Part shown: positions 45,227 through 53,949 of the stretch, piece after piece
Layout: every line of letters starts with the position of its first letter
Numbering within the stretch: the first letter of the stretch is position 1
Assembly (NCBI GenBank): GCA_030428565.1
Contig: JAUIDR010000007.1
Span: forward strand, 18,504-82,503
Direction: 5' to 3'
Source of the DNA: Alphaproteobacteria bacterium
Lineage (GTDB): Bacteria > Pseudomonadota > Alphaproteobacteria > UBA7985 > JAUIBT01
DNA: 64,000 nt
Program-made: the position numbers and the translations under genes
Notes under the pieces: model-generated
Told to the model about the DNA's origin: nothing
The model's database searches: none
Seen by the model: only the letters and a program-made list of their open reading frames with translations

Positions 45227-46606
45227 CTATAAGTCTGTTAGCGTGCCCAGTGCGCGCTCGCTGGCAAAGGCAAGCGTTTCCGACAAGGTCGGGTGTGCGT
45301 GGACAGTCAGGGCCAGATCTTCAAGCGTCGCGCCCATCTCAATGGCCAGACAGGCTTCGGCCAAGAGTTCGCCGGCGTTTGCACCGACTAGGCTAGCGCC
45401 CAGCAGGCGGTTGCTGTCGGGGCAATAGATCAGCTTGGTGAGGCCATCGCCGCCGCCAGAGGCGAGATTGCGCCCTGAGGCGGCCCAGGGAAAGCTGGTC
45501 ACGGCGTGGGCAAGGCCTTGCGCTTTGGCTTGCTGTTCGCTCACGCCTACCCAAGCGAGTTCGGGGCTAGTATAGGCCACCGAGGGGATCAGGTTGGTAT
45601 CCAGCGCGGCAGCATGCCCGCAAGCCACTTCAGCAGCAACATGGCCTTGATGGGTAGCACGATGGGCCAGCATCGGATTGCCGGTCACATCGCCAATAGC
45701 GAAAATGCCCGGCACCGAGGTCTGGCAGCTCGCGTCAACTGCGATGATTCCGCGTTCGTCCGCTGTGATACCAGCGGCCTCAGGGGCAACTCCTTGCGCG
45801 TTGGACCGGCGGCCAACGGCCTGGATAATCGCGTCGGCTTCAAGGGTGCCGCTAAAGGCGCCCTCACAGAGCAGCGTCAGTTGTTTTTTGTTGCTCTCAA
45901 CGCGGGCTGTCTTGGTGCTGGTGTGCAGCGTGACGCCCTGGTCCTGCAAAGCGGCTGCCAGGATACCGGCGGCTTCAAGGTCCGCGCCAGGGGCGATTTG
46001 ATCGGCCAATTCGATCACGGTGACATCAGATCCCAATGCCGCATAGACCGTCGCCATTTCCAGGCCGATGATGCCGCCGCCGACAATGGCGAGGCGCTTA
46101 GGAATGCTGAGCAGCTCCAGGGCTGCTGTTGAATCCCAAATGCGATCATCTTGGGGCCAGCCTGGCAATTGGATCGGCGAGGAGCCGACGGCGATCACAG
46201 CATGCTCGAAACTCCAGGACTTGCCGTCGACGTCCAGCGTTTTGGCATCGCTAAAGCGCGCGGTGCCGCGCACCACTTGCACCTTGCGTCGCTTGGCCAG
46301 TGCCGATAGGCCGCCGGTCAGCTGCGCTACGATGCCGTCTTTCTTGCTGCGCAGGCGGTCCAGGTCGATTTTCGGCGCAGCGAAACTGAGGCCCCAGTCA
46401 CCGGCATGGCGTGCTTCGCGCAGGACTTGCGCGGCGTGCAGCAGTGCCTTTGACGGGATACAGCCCTCGTTTAGGCAGACCCCGCCCAGGCTCGCACGTG
46501 GGTCGACCAGCACGACCTTGCGGCCCAAATCTGCGGCGCGAAAGGCGCAAGCGTAGCCACCAGGCCCGGCGCCTATGACGATGAAATCGGCGTGATTATC
46601 GGCCAT
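45227..46606 (-). CDS. lpdA: dihydrolipoyl dehydrogenase (E3)
   Basis: FIVIGAGPGGY, GGVCLNEGCIPSK redox disulfide, AIGDV, HAHPTLSE. Confidence 0.92.
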   Translation of the reverse strand: MADNHADFIVIGAGPGGYACAFRAADLGRKVVLVDPRASLGGVCLNEGCIPSKALLHAAQVLREARHAGDWGLSFAAPKIDLDRLRSKKDGIVAQLTGGLSALAKRRKVQVVRGTARFSDAKTLDVDGKSWSFEHAVIAVGSSPIQLPGWPQDDRIWDSTAALELLSIPKRLAIVGGGIIGLEMATVYAALGSDVTVIELADQIAPGADLEAAGILAAALQDQGVTLHTSTKTARVESNKKQLTLLCEGAFSGTLEADAIIQAVGRRSNAQGVAPEAAGITADERGIIAVDASCQTSVPGIFAIGDVTGNPMLAHRATHQGHVAAEVACGHAAALDTNLIPSVAYTSPELAWVGVSEQQAKAQGLAHAVTSFPWAASGRNLASGGGDGLTKLIYCPDSNRLLGASLVGANAGELLAEACLAIEMGATLEDLALTVHAHPTLSETLAFASERALGTLTDL

Positions 46607-46622
46607 GTTTGCGGATCCCTTG

Positions 46623-47510
46623 TTAGATTAACATGCGGCGCGGGTCCGCCAGCAGGCCGGCAAGCTGCACCATGAAACGAGCCGCCTCGGCGCCGTTTAT
46701 GACCCGATGGTCATAGCTCAAATCCAAGGGCAGCATGGGCCGGGGTTGGAAAGCATTGCCGTCCCACACGGGCGAAATTTCGGCCCTGGTAATGCCTAAG
46801 ATCGCGACCTCGGGCGGGTTGACGATGGGGGTAAAGGCGCTGCCGCCGATGCCACCCAAATTGGTGATGGTCATAGAAGCGCCGCCCATGTCTTGCGGGC
46901 CCAGCTTGCGCTCTTGCGCGCGCGCAGCCAGGTCTGCAATTTCCTCGGCAATCTGCCACAGACCCTTTTGATCGGCGTCACGAACGACGGGCACCATGAG
47001 GCCGTGCGGGGTGTCAACGGCAATCCCAATGTGTCGGTAGTCCTTGAGCGTCAAGGTCTTACCGTCTGCAGACAGCGAGGCGTTAAAGCGCGGGAAGGCA
47101 TCCAGCGCGACCGCCAGAGCCTTAACTTGAAACGCCAAGGCCGTGAGCTTGATGCCGCGCGCTTTGGCTTCGGGCTTCAGCTCGGTTCGGAACGCCTCAA
47201 GCGCCGAGATATCCGCGCGGTCGTGGTGGGTAACCTGCGGGATAAGGGTATTGGCAGCACTCAAGTTTTGCGCGGCGACTTGGGCAAAACGGCTCATGGG
47301 CTCTTCTTGAACCGCGCCGTATTGGCTGTGGTCCACATCCCAATAGCGAGCCGCCTCGTCGCTGCTGTTTGACGTCGAAGCAGGGCTTCCCGTTTGCAGG
47401 TCGTCCGCCGTTAGCTGTGAGCGACCAAGCCGCTGAGCCAGGGCTTCCAGGTCGATACCTTGCGCGCGCGCTTGGGCGCGAACCGAAGGTGAAGCAACAA
47501 ATGTCGTCAT
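46623..47510 (-). CDS. 2-oxoacid dehydrogenase E2 acyltransferase made of a PSBD and a catalytic core only (no lipoyl domain)
   Basis: It begins directly with the E3/E1-binding domain (ASPSVRAQARAQGIDLEAL). An AceF-like core follows: FPRFNASL, IGIAVDTPHGLMVPVV, ITNLGGIGG, catalytic LSYDHRVINGAEAARF. Confidence 0.8.
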   Translation of the reverse strand: MTTFVASPSVRAQARAQGIDLEALAQRLGRSQLTADDLQTGSPASTSNSSDEAARYWDVDHSQYGAVQEEPMSRFAQVAAQNLSAANTLIPQVTHHDRADISALEAFRTELKPEAKARGIKLTALAFQVKALAVALDAFPRFNASLSADGKTLTLKDYRHIGIAVDTPHGLMVPVVRDADQKGLWQIAEEIADLAARAQERKLGPQDMGGASMTITNLGGIGGSAFTPIVNPPEVAILGITRAEISPVWDGNAFQPRPMLPLDLSYDHRVINGAEAARFMVQLAGLLADPRRMLI

Positions 47511-47522
47511 GCTCGTTTGCCC

Positions 47523-48962
47523 TTACCAGCTCGTTGAAATGTACTGGGCTTCCATGAACTCCAGCATGCCCTCGTGGCCGCCTTCGCGCCCCAAGCCCGA
47601 TTGCTTAACGCCACCAAAGGGGGCCGCAGGATCGGAGACCAGGCCACGATTGAGGCCCACCATGCCAAAGTCCAGCCGTTCGCAGACTTGAAGCCCACGC
47701 TTCATGTCTTTGGTGAATACATAGGCCACAAGCCCGTACTCGGTGTCATTGGCCTTGGCGATAATGGCTTCTTGATTGCTGAAGGTCTGGATCGCGGCCA
47801 CGGGTCCGAAGATTTCGTCTTGCAGGCACTCGGCATCGTCCGAGACATGAGACAGAACCGTGGGCGGATAATAGAAGCCAGGACCGTCGGGCAGGGTGCC
47901 GCCGACCTCGATCTTTGCGCCCTTGGCCACCGCGTCGGCGACGAATGCGGCCACCTTGTCTCTGGTATCGGCGTTGACCAGCGGTCCGACATCGACGCTG
48001 GGATCGGTTCCGTCGCCGACTTTCAGCGCGCCCATGGCCTCGGCGAGGCGACGGGTAAAGTCATCGGCGACAGCCTCATGGACGTAGATACGATTGGCAG
48101 CAGTACAGGCCTCGCCTTGATTGCGCATCTTGGCCAACATGGTGCCTTCGACCGCTTCGTCTAGGTCTGCATCGTCGAAGATGATAAGCGGCGCGTTGCC
48201 GCCCAGCTCCATTGCGGGTTTTAGCACCTGGTCGGCGGCCGACTTAAGCAACTTGCGGCCAACGCCGGTCGAGCCAGTAAAGGACACAACCCGCACCCGG
48301 GGATCGTGCATCAGATGATCGACCAGTGCGCCAGTTCTGCGCGAAGGCAGGACATTGACCAAGCCTGCGGGCACCCCGGCTTCTTCCAGCAAAGGCATGA
48401 GCGCCAGCATAGTCAAAGGGGTCTCTGACGCGGGTTTGATTATGACGCCACAGCCAGCAGCCAGCGCGGGTGCAATTTTGCGCGTACCCATGGCGGCGGG
48501 GTAGTTCCAAGGCGTCACCAAGACCGCCAAGCCTGCGGGCTTGTGGTGCACCATAATCCGTGCGCCAGAGCTAGGCGCGTGGGTCAAAAGACCGTCAGCG
48601 CGCACGGCTTCTTCGGAAAACCAACGAAAGAATTCGGCGGCATAGCTGGCTTCGCCCATGGCGTCCTTGCTGGCCTTGCCGTTTTCGAGCGTGATTAGGT
48701 GTGCAAAATCGTCCAGGCGTTCGCTCATCAGCTCCCAGGCTCGTCGCAACACCATAGAACGTTCGCGCGGGCTGCGCGCGGCCCAGTCGGCCATGGCGGC
48801 TTCGGCGGCGTCCAGGGCCAGGTCGGCGTCGGCGATCTCTGCCGAGGCGACCGACGCCAGAACCTCTTCGGTTGCCGGGTTGAGCACGTCAAAGCGTTGC
48901 TGGTCGGCGCCGTTGCGCCATGTGCCATTGATGTAAAGATCGGTGTAAATTGTGTCAGTCAT
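47523..48962 (-). CDS. NAD(P)-dependent aldehyde dehydrogenase (succinate-semialdehyde dehydrogenase-like)
   Basis: LYINGTW, VTPWNYP, FTGSTGVGR, ELGGNAP (catalytic Glu), NQGEACTAANR (catalytic Cys). I prefer the ATG at 48962 over the ORF start at 49031, which would overlap the upstream gene. Confidence 0.85.
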   Translation of the reverse strand: MTDTIYTDLYINGTWRNGADQQRFDVLNPATEEVLASVASAEIADADLALDAAEAAMADWAARSPRERSMVLRRAWELMSERLDDFAHLITLENGKASKDAMGEASYAAEFFRWFSEEAVRADGLLTHAPSSGARIMVHHKPAGLAVLVTPWNYPAAMGTRKIAPALAAGCGVIIKPASETPLTMLALMPLLEEAGVPAGLVNVLPSRRTGALVDHLMHDPRVRVVSFTGSTGVGRKLLKSAADQVLKPAMELGGNAPLIIFDDADLDEAVEGTMLAKMRNQGEACTAANRIYVHEAVADDFTRRLAEAMGALKVGDGTDPSVDVGPLVNADTRDKVAAFVADAVAKGAKIEVGGTLPDGPGFYYPPTVLSHVSDDAECLQDEIFGPVAAIQTFSNQEAIIAKANDTEYGLVAYVFTKDMKRGLQVCERLDFGMVGLNRGLVSDPAAPFGGVKQSGLGREGGHEGMLEFMEAQYISTSW

Positions 48963-48978
48963 TGGGGGCCTCTGGAGT

Positions 48979-50313
48979 TTAGAGCAGGTGGCGCAGAGGC
49001 TGTGCCAAACGGTCTGCAAAGTTGGAAACAAGGGCGACGGCTTCGGCGGGGCTGAGTTGGCCTGCCGCCGCTTCTAGGGTCAGCTCTATGCCCGTACTGG
49101 CCTGGATTAACGTCAGCGTCGGGGTGCTTTCACCGCCAAGCTGCACGCTGGTCAAGCGGCTCCAGCGCAGGTCGCGCACTAATAAATCGGGGCTGGGGGG
49201 CAAGTCTTGATCGGCGTCCTGGCAGACTGCAACTTGGCCAAGGCGACCCGTCGGCGCTTGATAGCACTGGGTCTGTCCCAAGCTTTCGACGCTGACACGG
49301 GCGGCGCGACCCAAGCTGGCAGCGGCAAAGCCTGCCAGAAGAGCGGCGCTGTCGGTTTGGCCTTGCTCGCTGGTCCAACGGGCAAAGGCATCAAAGCCTG
49401 CGTCCTCGACCGTAGCCGTAAGGCGCAAACTGGCGGGCCCAGCACTTCCGGCTGCTGTAGCGCCCTTCGCTGGCAAGCCGCGCAGCAACTCCAGGTCCGC
49501 GACGTGGTAGGGTTGGGGATGGCCAATTTCGGCCAAGCGTGCCAGATCCAAGCCTTGTTCTAACGCCAAGCGGCGTGCTTTGGGAGAGGCGAGAATGCGA
49601 CCGTGGTCGCTGACCGCAGCGAGCTTGGCGGCCTTAGGCGCCGCGGCGGCTTTGGCGGCGGCTGGCGTAGCCTTTGTGCCCGCGGCTGGTTTTGGCGCGT
49701 CGGCAGCTGGTGCGGACGCTTGAGCGCTGCGCACTAAAGGGGCATCCGGCTTGGCCTCAGAAATGATAGCAATGGTCTGGCCAACAGGCACATCTTCGCC
49801 CGCTTCGGCCAGCACAGCCGCAAGATAGCCGTCAAAGCCCGCTGGGACTTCAACCGTGCTCTTATCGGTCTCGACCTCGAACAAGATATCGTCTTGAGCA
49901 ACGGCCGCTCCCGGCTCTTGCAACCAAGCGACCAAGAGCCCCGTGTCTTGAGCCATTCCTAAGGTCGGCATGATAACGATTTGACCTTCGGGCAGGGGCG
50001 CAGCGGCGTTTGCCTCTTGGCTCGCGGCGCCATCGCTGACGGCTGCCGGAGCGGGCGCGCTGTCCGCAGCTTCTGGGCTCTCGGAGATTTTAGCGATGAC
50101 TTGGCCTACCGGTACGGCGTCACCGGCCGCCGCGCTGACGTGGGTCAGGTAACCGTCGCCAGCCGCCTCGACTTCCATCGTGGCTTTGTCGGTCTCGACC
50201 TCGAACAGCACGTCACCGGCGCTCACCGCCTCGCCCGGCTGCTTGAGCCAGGCAACGATGAGCCCCGTGTCTTGTGCCATGCCCAAGGCCGGCATGATGA
50301 CATCAAGCGGCAT
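48979..50313 (-). CDS. lipoyl-carrier E2-like protein: 2 lipoyl domains + PSBD + degenerate core-like C-terminus lacking the DHR catalytic motif
   Basis: VLFEVETDKATMEV and ILFEVETDKSTVEV lipoyl-lysine motifs. Ala/Pro-rich linkers. PSBD ILASPKARRLALEQGLDL. The C-terminus ends E2-like (AQPLRHLL), but LTLEAAAGQLSPAEA stands where LSYDHRVIDGAEA is expected. Confidence 0.75.
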   Translation of the reverse strand: MPLDVIMPALGMAQDTGLIVAWLKQPGEAVSAGDVLFEVETDKATMEVEAAGDGYLTHVSAAAGDAVPVGQVIAKISESPEAADSAPAPAAVSDGAASQEANAAAPLPEGQIVIMPTLGMAQDTGLLVAWLQEPGAAVAQDDILFEVETDKSTVEVPAGFDGYLAAVLAEAGEDVPVGQTIAIISEAKPDAPLVRSAQASAPAADAPKPAAGTKATPAAAKAAAAPKAAKLAAVSDHGRILASPKARRLALEQGLDLARLAEIGHPQPYHVADLELLRGLPAKGATAAGSAGPASLRLTATVEDAGFDAFARWTSEQGQTDSAALLAGFAAASLGRAARVSVESLGQTQCYQAPTGRLGQVAVCQDADQDLPPSPDLLVRDLRWSRLTSVQLGGESTPTLTLIQASTGIELTLEAAAGQLSPAEAVALVSNFADRLAQPLRHLL

Positions 50314-51298
50314 GGATCATCTCCCCAGACATGAGCAAGCGCGCCTTTTCGGCGACGGCTTCGGGTGTGGGGACGGTGATATCCTCCAGCGCGGGCGAGA
50401 AGGGGACCGGGACGTCCATGGCCCCCATGCGCACCACGGGCGCGTCTAGGTGATAGAAGGCTTTTTCGTTGATTCGGCCCGCAATCTCGCCGGTGATGCC
50501 GAAGTTCTGGTGGCCTTCATCGACCACAATGACGCGACTGGTTTTCTTGGCCGACCGCAACAGGGTCTCTTCGTCCAGCGGCACAATGGTGCGGGGGTCG
50601 ATGACCTCGGCGCTGATACCCTCGGCGGCCAGAATGTCGGCGGCCTTTTCGCAGACCTGAACCATAGAGGAGGTGGCAATCAGCGTGATATCTTCGCCTT
50701 CGCGCTTGATGTTGGCCTCACCGAAGGGGATCAAGAATTCCTCTTCCGGAACAGTGGCCTTGTCGTTGTACATCAGCTTGTCTTCGAAGATCACGACGGG
50801 GTTGTTGTCGCGAATGGCCGTCTTCATCAGGCCTTTGGCTTCGTAAGCAGACGAGGGCAGGGCTACTTTCAACCCCGGAATGTGCGCTACCAAGGCGTGC
50901 AGCGACTGCGAGTGCTGCGCTGCTGAACGACGGGTAGCCCCCAGGTTGGTGCGCAGGACCAACGGCACGTTCAGCTTGCCGCCCGACATGTAGTGTGTCT
51001 TGGCAGCTTGGTTGCAAAGCTGATCCATAATTAGAAAAATGAAGTCACCGAACATTAGATCGACGACGGGGCGCGCGCCGGTCATGGCTGCCCCCACGGC
51101 TAGGCCCATAAAGCCGGGCTCTGCGATGGGGGTATCGACCACGCGCGCGGTGCCGAATTCTTCGACCAGACCGCTTAGGACTTTGAAGGGGGTGCCCGCC
51201 TCGGCTACGTCCTCGCCGATGATAAAGACGCTGCTATCGCGGCGCATTTCTTCGGCCAGCGCTTCATTGACGGCCTGTGAAAGAGTGATGTTTCGCAT
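50303..51298 (-). CDS. alpha-ketoacid/acetoin dehydrogenase E1 component beta subunit
   Basis: ITLSQAVNEAL.EEM, FIIGEDV, RVVDTPIAE, HSQSL. 11-nt overlap with the downstream lipoyl protein gene. Confidence 0.9.
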   Translation of the reverse strand: MRNITLSQAVNEALAEEMRRDSSVFIIGEDVAEAGTPFKVLSGLVEEFGTARVVDTPIAEPGFMGLAVGAAMTGARPVVDLMFGDFIFLIMDQLCNQAAKTHYMSGGKLNVPLVLRTNLGATRRSAAQHSQSLHALVAHIPGLKVALPSSAYEAKGLMKTAIRDNNPVVIFEDKLMYNDKATVPEEEFLIPFGEANIKREGEDITLIATSSMVQVCEKAADILAAEGISAEVIDPRTIVPLDEETLLRSAKKTSRVIVVDEGHQNFGITGEIAGRINEKAFYHLDAPVVRMGAMDVPVPFSPALEDITVPTPEAVAEKARLLMSGEMIHAA

Positions 51299-51308
51299 AA
51301 TTTAGTCC

Positions 51309-52298
51309 TCAGGCCAGGGCGTGTTCGACGTCGGTGAACACATGCATGTCCACTTCGCTTGCATCGGGGTATTTGGCGTTCAATGCGTATTCGACAGCTT
51401 CGCTTGCATCGGCTTTGATGGCGGCATTCATGGCCTCGATTTCTTCTTCGCTGGCGATGCCTTCTTCGACCAACCAAGCGCGGAAGCGGGTGATCGGATC
51501 ACGGTTTTCGCGCCAATCTTTTTCTTCTGACTTGGAGCGATAGTACTCACGGTTGATATCGCCGACGTGGTGGCCGTGGTAGCGATAGGTCATGAGCTCG
51601 ATAAAGAAGGGGCCTTCGCCTTTGCGGCAACGCTCGACCAGTTTTTGGCTCAGATCGTTGACCGCCAGCACGTCTTGGCCGTCGACCTGGAAGGCCTCGA
51701 TACCAAAGGCTTCGGCGCGGGCGGTTATGGAACCTGCTGCGATCTCGTCGGTGCGGGTGTATTCGGAGTAGCCGTTGTTCTCACAGGCATAGATGACGGG
51801 CAGCTTCCAGAGCGCGGCCATATTCATGACTTCGTACATCAGGCCTTGGGCGGTCGCACCGTCACCGAAAAAGCAGACGGCGACATCGTCTTTGCCCAAG
51901 AGCTTGGCGGAAAAAGCTGCACCGGTCGCGATGCCCATCGAGCCGCCGACAATGGCGTTTGCGCCCAAGTTGCCGTTCGATTGATCGGCGATGTGCATAG
52001 AGCCGCCCTTGCCCCGGCAATAGCCTTCTTCTTTGCCCAGCAATTCGCAGAACATTTCTTTGAAGTCGGCACCTTTGGCCACGCAGTGACCGTGGCCGCG
52101 GTGGGTCGAGGTAATCTTGTCGCTGGTCTTCAGCGCTTCACAAATGCCCACGGCAACGGCTTCTTCGCCGGAATACATGTGCGTGAGGCCTGGCATTTTG
52201 GCCGAAAGATAGAGCTGGTTGGCGTTGTCCTCAAAGGTGCGAATGCGCACCATCTGGCGGTACATACGCAAGTAGTCGTCAGCGTTCGAGTGGGTCAT
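51309..52298 (-). CDS. thiamine diphosphate-dependent E1 component alpha subunit (AcoA-like)
   Basis: YRQMVRIRTFED, STHRGHGHCVAKG, GKGGSMHIAD, FFGDGATAQG, ENNGYS. The ATG at 52298 gives about 329 aa, the normal size for this subunit. Confidence 0.85.
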   Translation of the reverse strand: MTHSNADDYLRMYRQMVRIRTFEDNANQLYLSAKMPGLTHMYSGEEAVAVGICEALKTSDKITSTHRGHGHCVAKGADFKEMFCELLGKEEGYCRGKGGSMHIADQSNGNLGANAIVGGSMGIATGAAFSAKLLGKDDVAVCFFGDGATAQGLMYEVMNMAALWKLPVIYACENNGYSEYTRTDEIAAGSITARAEAFGIEAFQVDGQDVLAVNDLSQKLVERCRKGEGPFFIELMTYRYHGHHVGDINREYYRSKSEEKDWRENRDPITRFRAWLVEEGIASEEEIEAMNAAIKADASEAVEYALNAKYPDASEVDMHVFTDVEHALA

Positions 52299-52586
52299 GT
52301 GCAGGGCCTTAGCGATAGCTTTTAGTAGAATCTTGCGCGCGCAACCCCCGTCACCATTATCGGCGAAAGTGGGCATGGTTCGCGGCGTTATCAGCGCTTT
52401 TATGAAGTTAGGGGCGGGAAAAGGGTCACGGCATCCGCGCGCGAGAGCCGATGCTACCAGCCGCGAAAGGTGCACCCTTGTTAAGCGCACTCCATTTTGG
52501 CTGATCCTTTTGGGGCTGACCCCTTGGGGCTCCATCCCGGCCGCCCGCCCGGTCCCACAAAAGGCGCCGAGCGGACTGAGGGAGGA

Positions 52587-53885
52587 TTAGTAGCGGTTAG
52601 CGATGGGCAGCTCTTGCGCTGGGAAGAGCGAAATCACTTCACAGCCGGTATCTGTCACCACCACCTCTTCTTCGATCCGCGCCGCCGAGTATCCGTCTGC
52701 CGCAGGGCAGTAGGTCTCAAGCGCAAAGACCATGCCGGTCTGGATCTCCATGGGGTTGTCCAGGGAAACAGCGCGGCTGATGATCGGACGCTCGTGCAGC
52801 GCCAGTCCCAGGCCGTGGCCGAACTGCAGACCAAAGGCGGACAATTCGTCGGGGAAGCCGAAGTCTTGCGCCTTGGGCCACAACTTGGCGACCTGGTCGG
52901 TGGTCACGCCGGGCTTGATCGCTTGGATTGACGCATCAATCCACTCGCGCGCTTTGACGTAAGCATCGACCTGAGCTGGGGTCGATGTGCCAATGTTGAA
53001 GGTCCGGTAGTAACAGGTGCGATAGCCCTGATAGCTCTGCAAAATATCAAAGAAAGCCTGGTCGCCGGGGCGGAACAAGCGGTCAGTGAAGTTGTGCGGG
53101 TGCGGGTTACAACGCTCGCCAGAAATGGCGTTGATGGCCTCTACGTCGTCCGAACCCATCTCATAGAGCATCTTGTTAGACAGGGCGACGATCTCGTTCT
53201 CACGAACGCCCGGCTTCAGCTCTTCGTAGATCATGTGATAGACGCCATCGACCATGCTGGCCGCTTGGGTCAGAAGCTGGATTTCGTCCCAGTTCTTGAT
53301 CTCGCGTGCGGATAGCATGATTTGCTGGCCATCGACGACGTTTAGGCCCGCTTCTTTCAGCGCTTCAAACATGGCGGTTTCGGCATAGTCGACGCCGACC
53401 GGCATGCCAGCCATACCTGCGTCTTTAATCAGGCCCGCGATATCTTCGGCGTACTTCTTCATCAGACCGAAAGAGGGCGGAATAGTACCGCGCATGCCGA
53501 CCACGCCCGCATGGCAGTTTTCCGGCACCAGCCAGTCTGAATACTTGCGGTGGTGGACCGCAGCAGAGCCAAAGTCCCAGACGTGCGGGGCATCATCGCC
53601 GGTCAACAAACAGAAGCGGCACATTTTGTCCCGTTCCCATTCGCCGATCTTGGTCGCCGAAACGTAGCGGATGTTGTTGACATCAAACAGCAACAGCGAA
53701 CCAGCGTTGCTTTCCTGAAGCGCCTTGCGCGTACGCCCGAGGCGATAGCGGCGCAGGCGGTCGTGGTCGATGCGACGCTCGAAATCGACCGAGTTGTGAC
53801 CCCAAGCAGGGATACGACCTTCCCACTGCCAGTTGGGTTCAATGTCCTGGGGCGTCAGGAGGTTAGGGATGAGGGCGCGCGACAT
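52587..53885 (-). CDS. M24-fold (creatinase/prolidase-like) hydrolase with a non-canonical metal-ligand set
   Basis: Creatinase_N-like N-domain (LLLFDVNNIRY) and pita-bread C-domain (GDQAFFD, GHGLGLALHE, FALETY, RIEEEVVVT). The ATG at 53885 is preceded by aaggaga. Confidence 0.7.
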   Translation of the reverse strand: MSRALIPNLLTPQDIEPNWQWEGRIPAWGHNSVDFERRIDHDRLRRYRLGRTRKALQESNAGSLLLFDVNNIRYVSATKIGEWERDKMCRFCLLTGDDAPHVWDFGSAAVHHRKYSDWLVPENCHAGVVGMRGTIPPSFGLMKKYAEDIAGLIKDAGMAGMPVGVDYAETAMFEALKEAGLNVVDGQQIMLSAREIKNWDEIQLLTQAASMVDGVYHMIYEELKPGVRENEIVALSNKMLYEMGSDDVEAINAISGERCNPHPHNFTDRLFRPGDQAFFDILQSYQGYRTCYYRTFNIGTSTPAQVDAYVKAREWIDASIQAIKPGVTTDQVAKLWPKAQDFGFPDELSAFGLQFGHGLGLALHERPIISRAVSLDNPMEIQTGMVFALETYCPAADGYSAARIEEEVVVTDTGCEVISLFPAQELPIANRY

Positions 53886-53949
53886 GGCTTTCTCCTTCAG
53901 GCGCACTGTGGCGCGCCTGTTTGTTAAACAAATTCAAGTGATTAGTCGG

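Noticed and set aside
46623-50313. The two E2-like ORFs as one E2 gene broken by a frameshift or assembly error
   Set aside because: A complete, intact 480-aa aldehyde dehydrogenase gene with its own RBS lies between them. Each E2-like ORF has its own PSBD, and the upstream one has its own E2-like C-terminus.
52299-52535. 79-codon N-terminal extension of the E1alpha ORF
   Set aside because: The extension has no similarity to E1alpha proteins. The ATG at 52298 gives the normal length of about 329 aa, starting just before the conserved YRQMVRIRTFE region.
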